DNA from: Ostrea edulis
Taxonomy: Eukaryota
Assembly: GCF_947568905.1 (NCBI RefSeq)
Contig: NC_079164.1
Coordinates: forward strand, 3,472,001 to 3,536,000
Direction: 5' to 3'
DNA length: 64,000 nucleotides
Part shown: positions 36,610 through 48,448 of the stretch, in pieces
Layout: each line of letters starts with the position of its first letter
Numbering within the stretch: the stretch's first letter is position 1
Position numbers and translations under genes: made by a program
The notes under the pieces: model-generated
Told to the model about the DNA's origin: nothing
Databases searched by the model: none
The model's input: the letters and a program-made list of their open reading frames with translations, nothing else

Positions 36610-37479
36610 GTTAGTATTTATTAATGTTTAAATGTGAGAATAAGTCATTTGTGTATTTTGTCTGAAGACTAATTTGTTGGTAATGTAATTCTGTTATGTA
36701 ATACTGCTGTGAGGTTGATTCATTGATCAGTTCATTGCCACGATTAAAATGTCCTGCATTTTATTCGTTTTCACACATTTTCTTTTTTTTTCAGAGCAGT
36801 AATGATATACTGTAGCCTATCTTAACTTTTTGCACAGTTTGAATTATCTTTATTCTACCACGTTTGAAAAAGTTGTTGTCAGCATTTTATCCAAACATTC
36901 ACTCCAGCCACCACCTGAGGATTTTCCTCTTAAAGCACTTGAAAAATGTGAAAAATTAGGAAACTATGGTGATGGGTAAGTATTTTCTTACAATCATTAA
37001 TCCTTTGCTGTTTCAACTTTCAGGTTATACAGTTAGTGAAATAAATTATATACTTCAGCAGGTGATTATTACAGGAATGTGGAGAATTTCTACAGTTTTA
37101 GGTTTGTCTGGACCATAATTTTCTTGTTTATTAAGGGATGTATTTCATTCTATCAATAATGTCCCAAATGTTATGTCCCTTGATACAGCAATTCTTCAAT
37201 ATTAGAATTGTCCTGGCCAGAATGTCTATATTTATGTAATTATACCTGTAACGGAAATGGATGTACATGTAGCACGAGGATTTCAAATCCTTCTCATGAG
37301 AACATCAGTCCCCATAAATTAGGAAAATATATTTCCTTTTGTCCCGAATGTCAATTTAGGATAATAAATGATAAACCAAGCAATCTCCGTGATTTGGATA
37401 TAAATATAAACGATTTATTCTCTAAGTTAACATTAAAATATACAGTTATCAATAACACGTCCTACCCCTAGCTCTACGA

Positions 37480-37622
37480 TGTAACAACTCACTTTAAAAT
37501 TAAACCTACCTACAAAGTTGCTGTTGTTTTTTTTTATCAACGTCACCGGTGCCGCGCGTGACACAGAGATAGTGACACCGGTGACGGCAAAAAGCACGTT
37601 AATAAAATACGCACCCGTTACA
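37480..37622 (-). repeat. 3' LTR, 143 bp
   Basis: Inverted termini tgtaac...gttaca; immediately follows the PPT on the minus strand. Confidence 0.8.
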
Positions 37623-37634
37623 TTCCCCTCTACT
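37623..37634 (-). promoter_or_regulatory. Polypurine tract
   Basis: Minus strand gtagaggggaa directly before TGTAACGGG. Confidence 0.75.
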
Positions 37635-38015
37635 TAAACTTAAGGATACTTCTTAAAGTCCCCAAATAATATTACCATTAACATGAATAAAATACATTTT
37701 GAGCATACAATCAGAATAAATGGATCGACAATTAAATATTTACAGACAAAGCATATGAATGCAAATAGACAATGTGTGAGCATACAGTACAATACGAAAC
37801 CTATTAATTTTCTCAATCAATAAGTATACATTTATAACAAATATACTACGAGCACAATACAAAAACTATTAATTTAACAACACGGAACAAATTATGTAAA
37901 TCTAAGAAAGATAATTTAACAAATATGTTCTATTTAACTAGACGACTTAAATCAATTGTCATGCTGAAAAATACAAGATAGAAAATCAGAACGTTTTTCC
38001 ACGACAGTCTCTTCC

Positions 38016-38855
38016 TTACACTGATGTTAAATCAAGGTGGTCCTCCCTGAGTCTTTTTAATTCTTCCCGTAATCTTCTGTTCTCTTCCTCCCATTGGCTC
38101 ACGCTCCTCTTCTTTCCTTTCCTTATGGCCTCCAGTCGTTGTTTGGCTAATTATCTGGACCTGCAGGCAGCATCTATACCATTGCATAAAAATACTAGAT
38201 ACATCTCCAACTCTCGTTCATCCTCAGGCACGGGAGGAATCCCCAGGGGGGGGGGGGGGTACTCCGCTGCAGAGTGTCTGAGCCTCTACAGACTTCAGCT
38301 GTTTGGGTTCCCATCCATCCATCTCCACTGTCAAGCTACCGTGGGTCTGCTGGTCATCGTTCAGAACTGCTGGGAGCTTAACTCCCAATTCCTCCTTTTC
38401 GGCCTTTTGGTCATCCATGGTGATAGCTGGTCTAACAGACGTAATACATGTAATGGGATTGTCTAGCTTTCGATTGTCTGTACGGCCACGGAATTCGAAA
38501 AAGCCAGGGTCAACAAACTTCTTGTTTTCTTTCCTGGCCATCTGACATTTTATCAGAATGTCCTCCATCCTTCTCACGTCCCTCTCATGCTTATGTTTTA
38601 TGTGGGCGCGCATGTCAGCCTTCCTCCTGCAAGTTGTTGGCAGCCCATTACCGCACACTGGTAGGAAACATTCATCTGGCGATGGCGTTCGTTCCAGGGG
38701 CGGAAGTAGCTCTTCTTGGAGGTGAACCTAGATTCAGTACAGCCATATACTGGGTATTCCATGTTGTTGGAATAAAAAATTTCTATCTTATTTTCTTTCT
38801 CCTGAAGCATTTCATCATCCTCATCAATGAAAATGTCGAGTACTGCATTCATCAT
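38016..38855 (-). pseudogene. Accessory ORF downstream of pol: two C2H2-type fingers and a coiled-coil tail, frameshifted
   Basis: Joining frames gives YPVYGCTESRFTSKKSYFRPWNERH, then YQCAVMGC/PTTCRRKADMRAHIKHKH, FVDPG, and WEEENRRLREELKRLRE. Breaks occur near 38643 (1 bp), at the G-run 38247-38259 and again near 38100, plus one in-frame stop. Confidence 0.65.
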
Positions 38856-38967
38856 GATTCTACACTAATAAAAAAAATAACATTATTTTACAAATTAATT
38901 TTAAATTTTAAAAACAAACAAGCAAATTTGAATATACATATTCAAGTCGCCTAGCAATAATTCAATG

Positions 38968-41900
38968 CTAGTTATCGTTATCCCACAGACCAGAACGGTC
39001 TGGTTTTCTAATTTGTCTTCCAGAATTTGTACGCTCATTCAGAGGGCGGGAGATGACACTTTCATCTTGTGACAATTCATTTTCTTCATCATCGACGGTT
39101 TGAAATTTATGACCATATTTACATGGTTTCAAGTGATCAATGTGAACAATTTTCGATTTGTTTCCGTCTATTTCGCGAATTTCATATGTGACATCGGAGA
39201 AGCGCTGAAACACTTCAAACGGTCCTGTCCAACCTAGAGACAGCTTTCGTTTTGATTTTGGAATACTCCATTTCCAAACCAAATCTCCAATGTCAAACTT
39301 CCTTGTTTTCGTGTTTTTATCATGATATTTCTTTTGCTTCTCAAAGCTTAGATTAAGGTTTTCGAATGCACTTTGATATGCCCTATTCATGGCACATCGC
39401 ATCCATTCTATATATTCAACAGGACATTGTTCATCCATTTCATTTGATGGTCGGCCAGCGACTACATCGATGGAGACTGATATTTCTCTGCCTAGCATCA
39501 ATAGGTTTGGCGTGCATTTGGTGCTTTCTGGTACGCTAGAACGGTATGCCTTAAGTAGGTAAGGTAAATGGTCGTGCCAGTCTGATCTGTTCTCATTCAC
39601 AAACATGCATAGCATTTGCTGTAGCGTCCGATTGAATCGTTCGACCATGCCATCTGACTGAGGTCTGTATGGCGTAGTTCTACTCTTGACTATCCCAAGG
39701 AGAGAACACATTTCCGTAAACAGGTCAGCTTCAAATTCCTTCCCCTGAACAGTATGTATCCTGTATGGCACTCCATATCTACAAATGAACTCAGTCACCA
39801 CGATATCAGCAACTGTCTTAGCTGTATGATTCTTTACAGCATAACCTTCCATCCATTTGGAGAAATAGTCTCCAACTACGAGAATGTATTTATTTCCCTT
39901 GTCTGTCTCTGGCAGTGGGCCCAGTATATCAATTGCTAAGCATTCCATTGGGTAAGTGACCATGTTGCGTTGCATTGGTGATTTCCCAGGACCAATCTTT
40001 TTCTGTTCGCAAGGATTGCAGGTATCACACCATCTAGCTACATCACTAGTCATGCCAGGCCAGTAGAAACGAGTTTGGATTCTTTTGAGTGTTTTCTCTC
40101 TCCCTAGGTGTCCAGCTAAGCGACAACTATGCAGATGTTTCATTATCTCTGAACGAATTGATGATGGTGCAACAATCTGATTCATTACTATTCCTTTTTC
40201 TTCATCCTTCCATATCCTACAAAACAGTCCGTTTTCAATCTTCAGCCTGTCCCATTGGTGTAGTAATTGGGATACACTCTGGTTGGCAAATTTTATGGTT
40301 GGTTTTTCTGTGTCTTCTATTTTATATTTCATAACGCTCTGAATGTCTTCATCCCTTTCTTGCAGCTTTACCAATTGTTTCATATCCCATTGCTCAATCC
40401 AATTTGATTCCACAGTGACAGAGGAAGTTGTTAGGTTTTGTTCTATGGGTCCTGAAGTCGTTTCGACAGCTTTATCATCCTGACAATTTTTCGTCACTTT
40501 ACATTCAGGACAATCAGTCCGTTTGCATTTCCTACATGGAGCTCGTGAAAGTGCGTCTGCATTTTGGTGTGCTGTTCCTTTCCTATGTTCGATCTTGAAA
40601 TCATATGTGTCCAGACAAGATATCCATCTTGCAACTACTCCTTCTGGTTCCGTAAAATTTTTAAGCCAGGTTAAGGAAGAATGGTCAGTACGCAGTAAGA
40701 AAGGTCGTCCATACAAATAATGCCTGAATTGTTGAACAAAAGTGACTGCTGCCAAGAGATCTCTATATGTTGTGCAGTATCTCCTTTGTGATTTAGACAG
40801 AGTTTTACTTCCATACGCTATAACCTTCTCTTTGCCATTCTGTAACTGTGAAAGTACGACCCCTATTCCATAAGCACTGGCGTCTGTATCCAGTATGAAA
40901 CTATCGGTTCGTGTGGGGTAAGCTAAGATTGGAGCATTTACAAATTTTTCCTTCAAGTTATTAAATGCGTCATTGCAATCATCAGCCCATTTGAACTTTA
41001 CATTCTTTTGTGTCAGTCTAGTCAACGCATAAGCAATTGATGAGAAGTTTTCGATGAACTGCCGATAATATGATGCCAGACCAAGGAAACTTCTTAAGCT
41101 GGTTAAATCAGTTGGTGTTGGCCAGTTTCTAACAGCATCGATCTTTTTAGGGTCACAATTAATCCCTTTCTCTGAAACAACATATCCCAAATAACAAACT
41201 TCATTCATGAAAAGACAGCATTTCTTCGGCTTTAATTTGAGATTTGCGAACATGAACCTTTTGAAAACAAGCTTCAAATTTTCAAGTGTTTCATGAAAAG
41301 TTGCTCCAAATACAATGACGTCATCTAGATAGGCCAAGCACCTCTCCCACTGCAAACCATTTAGTGTTACTTCCATCAAACGTTCAAAAGTTGCTGGACT
41401 ATTTGACAGTCCAAAGGACATGACTTTGAATTCAAATAGCCCTTTGTGCGTTGTGAAGGCAGTGTACTTTTTGTCCCCATCCTCCATGGCGACTTGCCAA
41501 AATCTGCTTGCCAAATCTAATGTGCAAAAATATCGGGCGCCTGAGAGCGAGCTTATGGATTCGTCGATTTTTGGCAACGGGTAAGCATCTTTTATGGTAA
41601 CTGAATTTAGCTTACGATAATCAACACAAAAACGTGTTGTTCCATCCTTCTTCTTTGCTAGCACTATCGGCGAAGCCCAAGGACTGTTGCTACTTTCGAT
41701 GATACCATGATCTAGCATATTGTTGATTTCTTGTTCGGCAACTTCTTTTTGATGTATTGTTAGTCTGCAAGGTGGTAACTTAATTGGTTTGGCATTCCCA
41801 ACATCAATCCGATGCTTCACAATATCTGTTTGTCCTAGCGTATTGCTTGGGTCAACAAAAATATCCGCATTTTGTAATAAAGTTTCCTTGAGTTCATTTT

Positions 41901-42723
41901 TCTCCTCGTTATTGAGTTTCTTTGATGAATTTTCAAGTAGCGGAGCCAGATGTTCTGGTAAATTAGAAGTCCGGTTTACAGGTAAGTGTACCTCCTTTGA
42001 TACACAATTTACAAAGCATTCAGCCTTGTGAATGGTCGCAACTTCTGAGTTTTCATGCAAAAATACAAGTTGACTTGTTGGATTCAATACGGAAATTATA
42101 ACTTCTTCGTCAGATGGACAAACTACTGACTTCGGTATGAGAACAGAATGTTCCCCTTGAAAGTCTTTACAAGGCTCTATAATGCCTTCTGAACCACTGG
42201 GAAAGTGTCCTACTATTTTGCATTTAGTATAAATTTCGGTTTTGGGAGGTACTGTTATTGAAGTGCTAAGGTGAACTTTAGTGCACTCGTTAATGGAAGG
42301 GTTCTCTTTCTGAAGCTGTATTTCAAACAGCGATGATTTCATTTTTCCTGCACCAGTGTCTATCAATATCCCTTGTTCAGCAAGAAAATCAAGTCCAAGT
42401 ATACCACCTGGAAATCCTCCTAATTCTGCCACTATTACCGAGTGTGCGAATTCTTGATCTCCAACTTTCAATGACACCAAAGTCTCGCCATAGACTTTCA
42501 TGGCTTCCCCATCCGCTGTCATCAATGTGGTATCGACTGAGGTCAACTGAGCTGAACTTGAAACGACAGATCTAGTCAAGTCTGTGTATGTTTCCTTGGA
42601 TATGAGAGTAACCGCCGATCCCGTATCCACTAACATAGCCACTTGCTTCCCCTCAACTTCAACCTCCACATACCAACAACTTGATTTTATTGCTGCTAGT
42701 TTGATTTTGCTAGGTGGTCTCAA
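38968..42723 (-). CDS. pol: Gypsy pol polyprotein (protease, RT, RNase H, integrase), 1251-aa open frame
   Basis: LVDTGS protease; CLAYLDDVIVFG RT; LDTDAS RNase H; H..GH...C..C zinc finger; IDILGP and GMVERFN integrase. The frame stays open upstream to the slippery site at 42795. Confidence 0.95.
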   Translation of the reverse strand: MRPPSKIKLAAIKSSCWYVEVEVEGKQVAMLVDTGSAVTLISKETYTDLTRSVVSSSAQLTSVDTTLMTADGEAMKVYGETLVSLKVGDQEFAHSVIVAELGGFPGGILGLDFLAEQGILIDTGAGKMKSSLFEIQLQKENPSINECTKVHLSTSITVPPKTEIYTKCKIVGHFPSGSEGIIEPCKDFQGEHSVLIPKSVVCPSDEEVIISVLNPTSQLVFLHENSEVATIHKAECFVNCVSKEVHLPVNRTSNLPEHLAPLLENSSKKLNNEEKNELKETLLQNADIFVDPSNTLGQTDIVKHRIDVGNAKPIKLPPCRLTIHQKEVAEQEINNMLDHGIIESSNSPWASPIVLAKKKDGTTRFCVDYRKLNSVTIKDAYPLPKIDESISSLSGARYFCTLDLASRFWQVAMEDGDKKYTAFTTHKGLFEFKVMSFGLSNSPATFERLMEVTLNGLQWERCLAYLDDVIVFGATFHETLENLKLVFKRFMFANLKLKPKKCCLFMNEVCYLGYVVSEKGINCDPKKIDAVRNWPTPTDLTSLRSFLGLASYYRQFIENFSSIAYALTRLTQKNVKFKWADDCNDAFNNLKEKFVNAPILAYPTRTDSFILDTDASAYGIGVVLSQLQNGKEKVIAYGSKTLSKSQRRYCTTYRDLLAAVTFVQQFRHYLYGRPFLLRTDHSSLTWLKNFTEPEGVVARWISCLDTYDFKIEHRKGTAHQNADALSRAPCRKCKRTDCPECKVTKNCQDDKAVETTSGPIEQNLTTSSVTVESNWIEQWDMKQLVKLQERDEDIQSVMKYKIEDTEKPTIKFANQSVSQLLHQWDRLKIENGLFCRIWKDEEKGIVMNQIVAPSSIRSEIMKHLHSCRLAGHLGREKTLKRIQTRFYWPGMTSDVARWCDTCNPCEQKKIGPGKSPMQRNMVTYPMECLAIDILGPLPETDKGNKYILVVGDYFSKWMEGYAVKNHTAKTVADIVVTEFICRYGVPYRIHTVQGKEFEADLFTEMCSLLGIVKSRTTPYRPQSDGMVERFNRTLQQMLCMFVNENRSDWHDHLPYLLKAYRSSVPESTKCTPNLLMLGREISVSIDVVAGRPSNEMDEQCPVEYIEWMRCAMNRAYQSAFENLNLSFEKQKKYHDKNTKTRKFDIGDLVWKWSIPKSKRKLSLGWTGPFEVFQRFSDVTYEIREIDGNKSKIVHIDHLKPCKYGHKFQTVDDEENELSQDESVISRPLNERTNSGRQIRKPDRSGLWDNDN

Positions 42724-42740
42724 TGAAATCTCTTCATTAT

Positions 42741-42935
42741 TTATTTCCTGTTGGGCGGAGCATTTGGCTTCCTGCTCAGCCCTTTCCTGTTTAAAGGTTG
42801 ATCACCTTCCATATTAGATGCTTGGTTAACCGACATTAACTTACTCTCTTGGGACAGTTTCTGCTGATGTGACCTTCTTGTCCACATGAATAACAGTTTA
42901 TTTTCTTTTTCTTTTCGCTATTAGATGTTTTCACA
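42741..42935 (-). pseudogene. gag: C-terminal gag remnant with a CCHC zinc knuckle and a TTTAAAC slippery site
   Basis: KKKKINCYSCGQEGHISRNCPKR...DQPLNRKG...PNRK*; TTTAAAC at 42795-42789. Confidence 0.8.
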
Positions 42936-43634
42936 AAGCAAAAAGTTGAACAAACACAAATCATTGCAAAATTGAGGATACATGTGGATAGACACGTCCG
43001 CCGGGTCAAGGAGTACCATCTATTTGATAGTGTTATACCCTTATTAATGGTTGGTACTATTAACCAGTTATGGACAGTAGCAAATTTGCTAACATTGTTT
43101 AAAGGTCCTCTAGCGATAGATTGGTCTAAGTAGATTCCTTGAAGTAATGCACAAGTATCTTTACAAAGGGATCACTTTTGTTTGTCTGCCTGTCAGTTAC
43201 ATTTTCATTAATGAACCACATTCTCATGAAACTTGCAGGAAGGTCAGTTAGGAGATTCAAAACCATGTACATGTAAAGGTCAAAGTAACCCTAAATATTT
43301 ATATTACTTAATCATGTATTATATATAAGTCAAGCACTATGTATATTTCCATAAAACTTGTATGGGAGGTCAATTCTGATGCAATTTATCCCCAAGTAAA
43401 GTTTATTAATAAGGTCATCGTTAATGTCAAGGTCACTAAATGAGCTAAATACTCTACAGTCAAAACCTGTATTCCATAAAAACGAACAAAGTCTTTATCA
43501 GCCATCTGAATTTGCTCATGTATTGCCGTAATAATATAATTCCTAAGAATGAACATGTACATTTGTAATTTACTAGTAAATACATTAAGCTTTGACCAAA
43601 AATAAAGTATCAGATAGCTGAATAGCAATTATAT

Positions 43635-45090
43635 TTAATTCAAATAATGGTAGAAAAAGAAATCATCAAGCTTTTCTTTCATTACTTTCCAAGTGTCCAT
43701 ATTAAATCAAATCAATTCCAAATGGCTCTCCTCTGAAATCCACACAAAGAAATGACACCATTCCATTCCTGTCACTGCCATCTACATCATGACTTGATAG
43801 AAATAGGCATGGTTCTCCTTGAGTTTGTATCCATTTTCATCCTTGGTGAGGTACTGGCATTCTGACAAAGGATTCACTGGACATTTGATCTCCAGGAGTC
43901 CATACTTGGGGTTCAATGTTGGGCAATACACCTTGCGGTCTGGAGTAGCAGCTAACCACGAGGACCAAGGATTCACCACTAATCCACATGGATAGATGTT
44001 GAGGTCCTTGTTCATTTTCTGCAAATGAAATTTGAACTTTTTAAAAACAAATTTTAGAACTTGCATTAGGATATACTTGTATAAGTAGATCCATATGTTA
44101 TCTGACATTTCTGAAGTTATAAGACAAAAAATTTGAATGAAAATTAAACTTTTAGAACATTTTACTACTATCATTAATTTTCAGAAAAGTAAATTGAAAT
44201 GAAATTTGTTTTTAGCAAGTCGGTCTAACTATTGTAAGAGAAATATTAAATTTAGGTCTTTATATACCTCAACATAGGCAATTGCTGTAAGAGGCTCACA
44301 GGCTATCCCATGTCGCATGCTAGAGGTCACAACCTTTCTAGTTGACTGTAATCTTTCAACTAGTGGACCATACTATGAAAAGTAAAAATACATTTCCATC
44401 ATATTATAAACATAAAAATCATCAAATTAGAATTCTTATCGTTCTAAATTTCATCTGTTTCAGTAGTAACAATACACATGGTGTAATACAGATAACTACG
44501 GTATCAAATTTGATTCATTGGTGTAAATCGGGGGAAATTACTATAGAATATAACATGGCAAGTTACTTATCATTTCTTGATTAAATATATTACAGAATTA
44601 TTTGTATGCTATCCAAAGTTACCTTTCCTTCTTTTTATGATGTCCCCTGCTACAGTAACTGATGCAGTGATTCTATCCTTTCGAATCCTATGCCACTTTG
44701 GATCCTGGGATTGAAGACGGGTACTTTTTTCTATTTCGAAGCATTCATTCTCTGATAAAGTTAATGATTGGAATTGGATGCTCTTGTTGTAGTTGAGGAC
44801 TACCTGAAGTTCGTTATCCATGTGATTTTTCATGGATATATTTTGAAAATCCCCTGCATCCAAAATACCCAAAACATAGTCACTGTGAAGTTTTTGTTGT
44901 GTGGCGAGTGGAGAGCCTTTAGGGAATTTGCCAAATATTGTATCCACATCCTTATTTTGGGCACTTAAGGAGACATTAGAGAAAAATAAACATGAATTGT
45001 CCACTACTCTTAAGTTCTCACACAATTTATAAACATCAAGTTTCTCTGCACTAGATGCGATTCTAGAGAAAAACTTGAAAATGGTGAATT
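43635..45090 (-). pseudogene. Decayed second YqaJ exonuclease gene (ISL2EU-like remnant)
   Basis: FGKFPKGSPLATQQ, STRLQSQDPKWHRIRKDRITAS, WLAATPD, GLLEIKC, FYQVMM*MAVTG...LELI*F...HYLN*. Two premature stops; homologous to 10937-11959. Confidence 0.8.
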
Positions 45091-45240
45091 CAGTGGCTCT
45101 TCAGAAAATTCTTTAGAAGATGGAACAAAAAAAGCAGGGAAGCACATTCCAATGCGCAGATCGGTAAGGACGACAGCAGGCAAACATTGAAATCCAGATA
45201 AGATGCCGACAGCTGTTCTGGAAACACAGGAAATCTTTGT
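45090..45240 (+). mobile_element. Possible C-terminal tail fragment of another Gypsy pol
   Basis: PMRRSVRTTAGKH*NPDKMP resembles the RRSxRxTAGxHxNP tail I recall from mollusc Gypsy integrases; weak evidence. Confidence 0.3.
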
Positions 45241-46230
45241 GTGATATGTGACTATGATTTTTGTAATTAATTTATGTCATTCATTTTGTTTCTTCTTTCA
45301 GTGTCCTGTATTAATCTTATGGGTAGTTTTTTTATCATTCTATTTGAAATCATGCATATTCTTTTTCATTCAGGAGACTTGCAACTATTATCATTATTAA
45401 AGCAATTGAACGTCCATGATATATTTGTGATCATGTGTTTAAAGTTGGAGTGGTTGCATATATTTTTTTAATGCATGTTATTTGTGTACATTTTAAAAAA
45501 AAAAAAACATTTTACAGTTTTGCTGTGGAATGCAAAATACTGAGCAGGGAATAATGTGATGTGATTTTCACAATAGATCGAGTTATCTCTCTTTGTCCTG
45601 CTACATTTTGCTATGGAGGGCATTTTCCACATTCTATTTTTCGCTGTAGGAAACCTTGTCAAACTTGTGTAAATGTAAAGAATTCCATACTTTATGTTTC
45701 ATATATATTTCATTTCTCAAGTAATTGTGAAAAATCAAAGTTTATTTGATGTTTAATGTATTTTAGTAATTTTTCATAAATTCCAAGTTGATTTCCGGTC
45801 GGCACGTGATATAATTGAAAGAATTTTGCACGAAATTTGATGGTGAATTGTCATGACGAGCGCTGATAGTACTCCAAGTTGTTTCTGTGGTCGTGTATCT
45901 GTTGACTGTCTAGAGTACTAGACTTTCATATTTGGCCCTATTTGGGCACACTGCCATTTTTGCCATTATTATAATCACACATATTTGAAACTAGACTTTA
46001 ATAAATTGATAACGAACTGTGTAAACTTGGTTATCACAAGAATGTTGAAGTTTTTTAAAAATTTTGGTTTATATTTGTGTTAGTTGGTTATTGTTTTGAT
46101 ATTGCAGTTTATAGAACCTACAGGGTATTGAAGGGAATAACGTTTAAAAGTGGTCCTTCTTGTGAAATCCTCCATACCTATAACAATCTGCATGGTTTAT
46201 TGGTCCCTAAATTGCAACAAAACATCGTTT

Positions 46231-47127
46231 TATTGCCATGTGAAGGACTCTGAAGTTGAAATAAAAAATATGCTAGAGTTCCTCATTGACAATATCTTCG
46301 TGGTCTTTGGTGATCAGGTCTTCCAACAGTCTATTGGAATTCCCATGAGCACGAATTGTGCTCCTTTGTTAGCTGACCTGTTTCTATATTCATATGAAGC
46401 AGAATTTATTCAAAAACTTCTACTTGAGAAGAAAAAATATCTTGCTGTGGTCTTCAATTCGACATTTAGATATATCGATGACGTTTTGTCTATTAACAAT
46501 AATAACTTTCATTCATATGTCGATTCGATACATCTCTGTGAGCTCGAAATAAAAGACACCACAGAGTCGTCCACTTCTGCTTCATGCTTAGATATTTTAT
46601 TGAAAGTAGACATTAACGGCCAATTAACAACTCAACTGCATGACAAACGGGATGATTTCAGTTTCTCCATCGTCAACTTTCCATATTTATGTAGCAATAT
46701 TCCATTATCACCTGCATATGGTGTTTATATCTCTCAACTGATTTGATACGCAAGAGCTTGTTCTGCGTATCGTCAGTTTTTAAACAAGTTGATGATACAG
46801 GGCTTTCAACAGTCTCGTTTGAAGTCAGCATTTCACAAATTCTATTGTCGTTATATCAAACTAGTTCGTCAATACAACCTTTCATTGGGTTAAATGCTGT
46901 CTGAAGTTTTTCATACCGATTGTTAGGTCGTTCTTGGCACACTGATTTCGACTACGGATAACGCCGTTTACCTGATCAAGATATAGGGCTCACGGCGGAT
47001 GTGACCGGTCGGCAAGGATGCCTGGTCCCACCTCTAGTGTGTCCAGGGGTCCGTGTTTGCCCAACTATCTATTTTGTATTGCTTATAGGAGTTGAGATTG
47101 ATCACCGTTCGTTATCTTCGCCTTTCA
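46231..47127 (+). mobile_element. Penelope-like retroelement fragment with an RT core
   Basis: QQSIGIPMSTNCAPLLADLFL and FRYIDDVL motifs in ORF 46150-46746; shares its 3' end with 34262-34777. Confidence 0.85.
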
Positions 47128-48448
47128 TACTAATAAAGTAGATGCAATTCTTATACGTATATCTTTATCGACGCCATTCCTGATTTAAAGTTCTCTATAA
47201 GAATTACATATACTAGTGCCCTTTAAAGTCGATTGCTTTATAAATGCAATCATATTCAGAATTTTGACCTTTCCAATGTTTTGGCCTTTGATATCTCTAC
47301 AAATTGTAATAGCCGTTTCCTCGAGCAGTTGTCAATAATGTGCGTATGAATATTGATGAATATAGTACGTCTATTTTAACCGCACTAGCGCTTCATGAAG
47401 TCCTCTGGTGTGTTTTTTTTTTTTTCAAAAATGAATTTTATTTCCTACATATTGATTCAAACTCCCTTTGGAAGTATGTAAACTGTAACAGTACAATTAC
47501 TGCACTCAATCATGGAAATAATTTAGTCATGGAAATAATTTAATCATGGGTGGCAATAATTCATCTGGAGATTAAAACATATCTAACTTAACTATACAAA
47601 TATGAGTATTTTGACCCAATTTATGGTACCAACCCGTCGTGCAGAAATAAACTCTATAGATTCTCTCGCTTCGAAAAGCATCATTTATTGCAAGAGGGAA
47701 AGTGATGGAATATTTGCGAGATCCATAGAAATGTTATGTTTATCAGCTTCTATTACCCAAACTCTCTGCTCGTCGTACCTCGTATTTCCTGTCATCTAAT
47801 ATCTGAACAAAAACGTAAGAGTGATTGAGATTGAAATTTGTCATTTATAGCTTACCAAATGACGAAAGAATCTTCAACAGAAGATTCTGGGGAAAATCAG
47901 CTTATACATTCTACAACAAAATACCTGCAAAACTAAATTACTCAAAGTCTGATTTCCCCCAAAGAAGACCAAATGACTTAAATAATGCTACGTTATAAGA
48001 TGACAAATGTTATCCATGATGAATTTAAATCATGGACATTAGAAGGACAAGAATATGACAAATTGAATACTACATGACAAAATACATATTATACGTTTTA
48101 TCAGCACTCAGTCAATACCGTACCTAGGGCTAACATAGCCTAAAGCCTTATATTGGTCTCATATTGAGCTGTTCAGCCTGATATGACAGTTTTATTGACT
48201 CGCCACACAAGACTATAAGCTCTGTTTGAATTTGCACAAATATGAGTGACAACTAACACTAGCTGAAATTAAAAGAGATTATTCATTAACTAAGTGAACA
48301 ATTCGTGCATGAATCCTGATGAATATAGTACGACTATTTCAAAAGCTGGGAATTTTCTAACGGAAATGAAAATAGAATGTAAATATAAGATATCAGTTTC
48401 ATTTTGGAAATACATAAGGGTATGATCAACAACGTTTCAAGTTAGTAG

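Larger units (their letters stand above)
37480..42935 (-). mobile_element. Gypsy/Ty3 LTR retrotransposon, 5'-truncated (gag remnant, pol, extra ORF, PPT, 3' LTR)
   Basis: Domain order PR-RT-RH-IN; PPT directly precedes a TGT...ACA LTR. No 5' LTR or PBS found. Confidence 0.92.

Noticed and set aside
39754-42817. Short plus-strand ORFs antisense to pol
   Set aside because: They are expected shadow ORFs of a long coding frame and carry no motifs.
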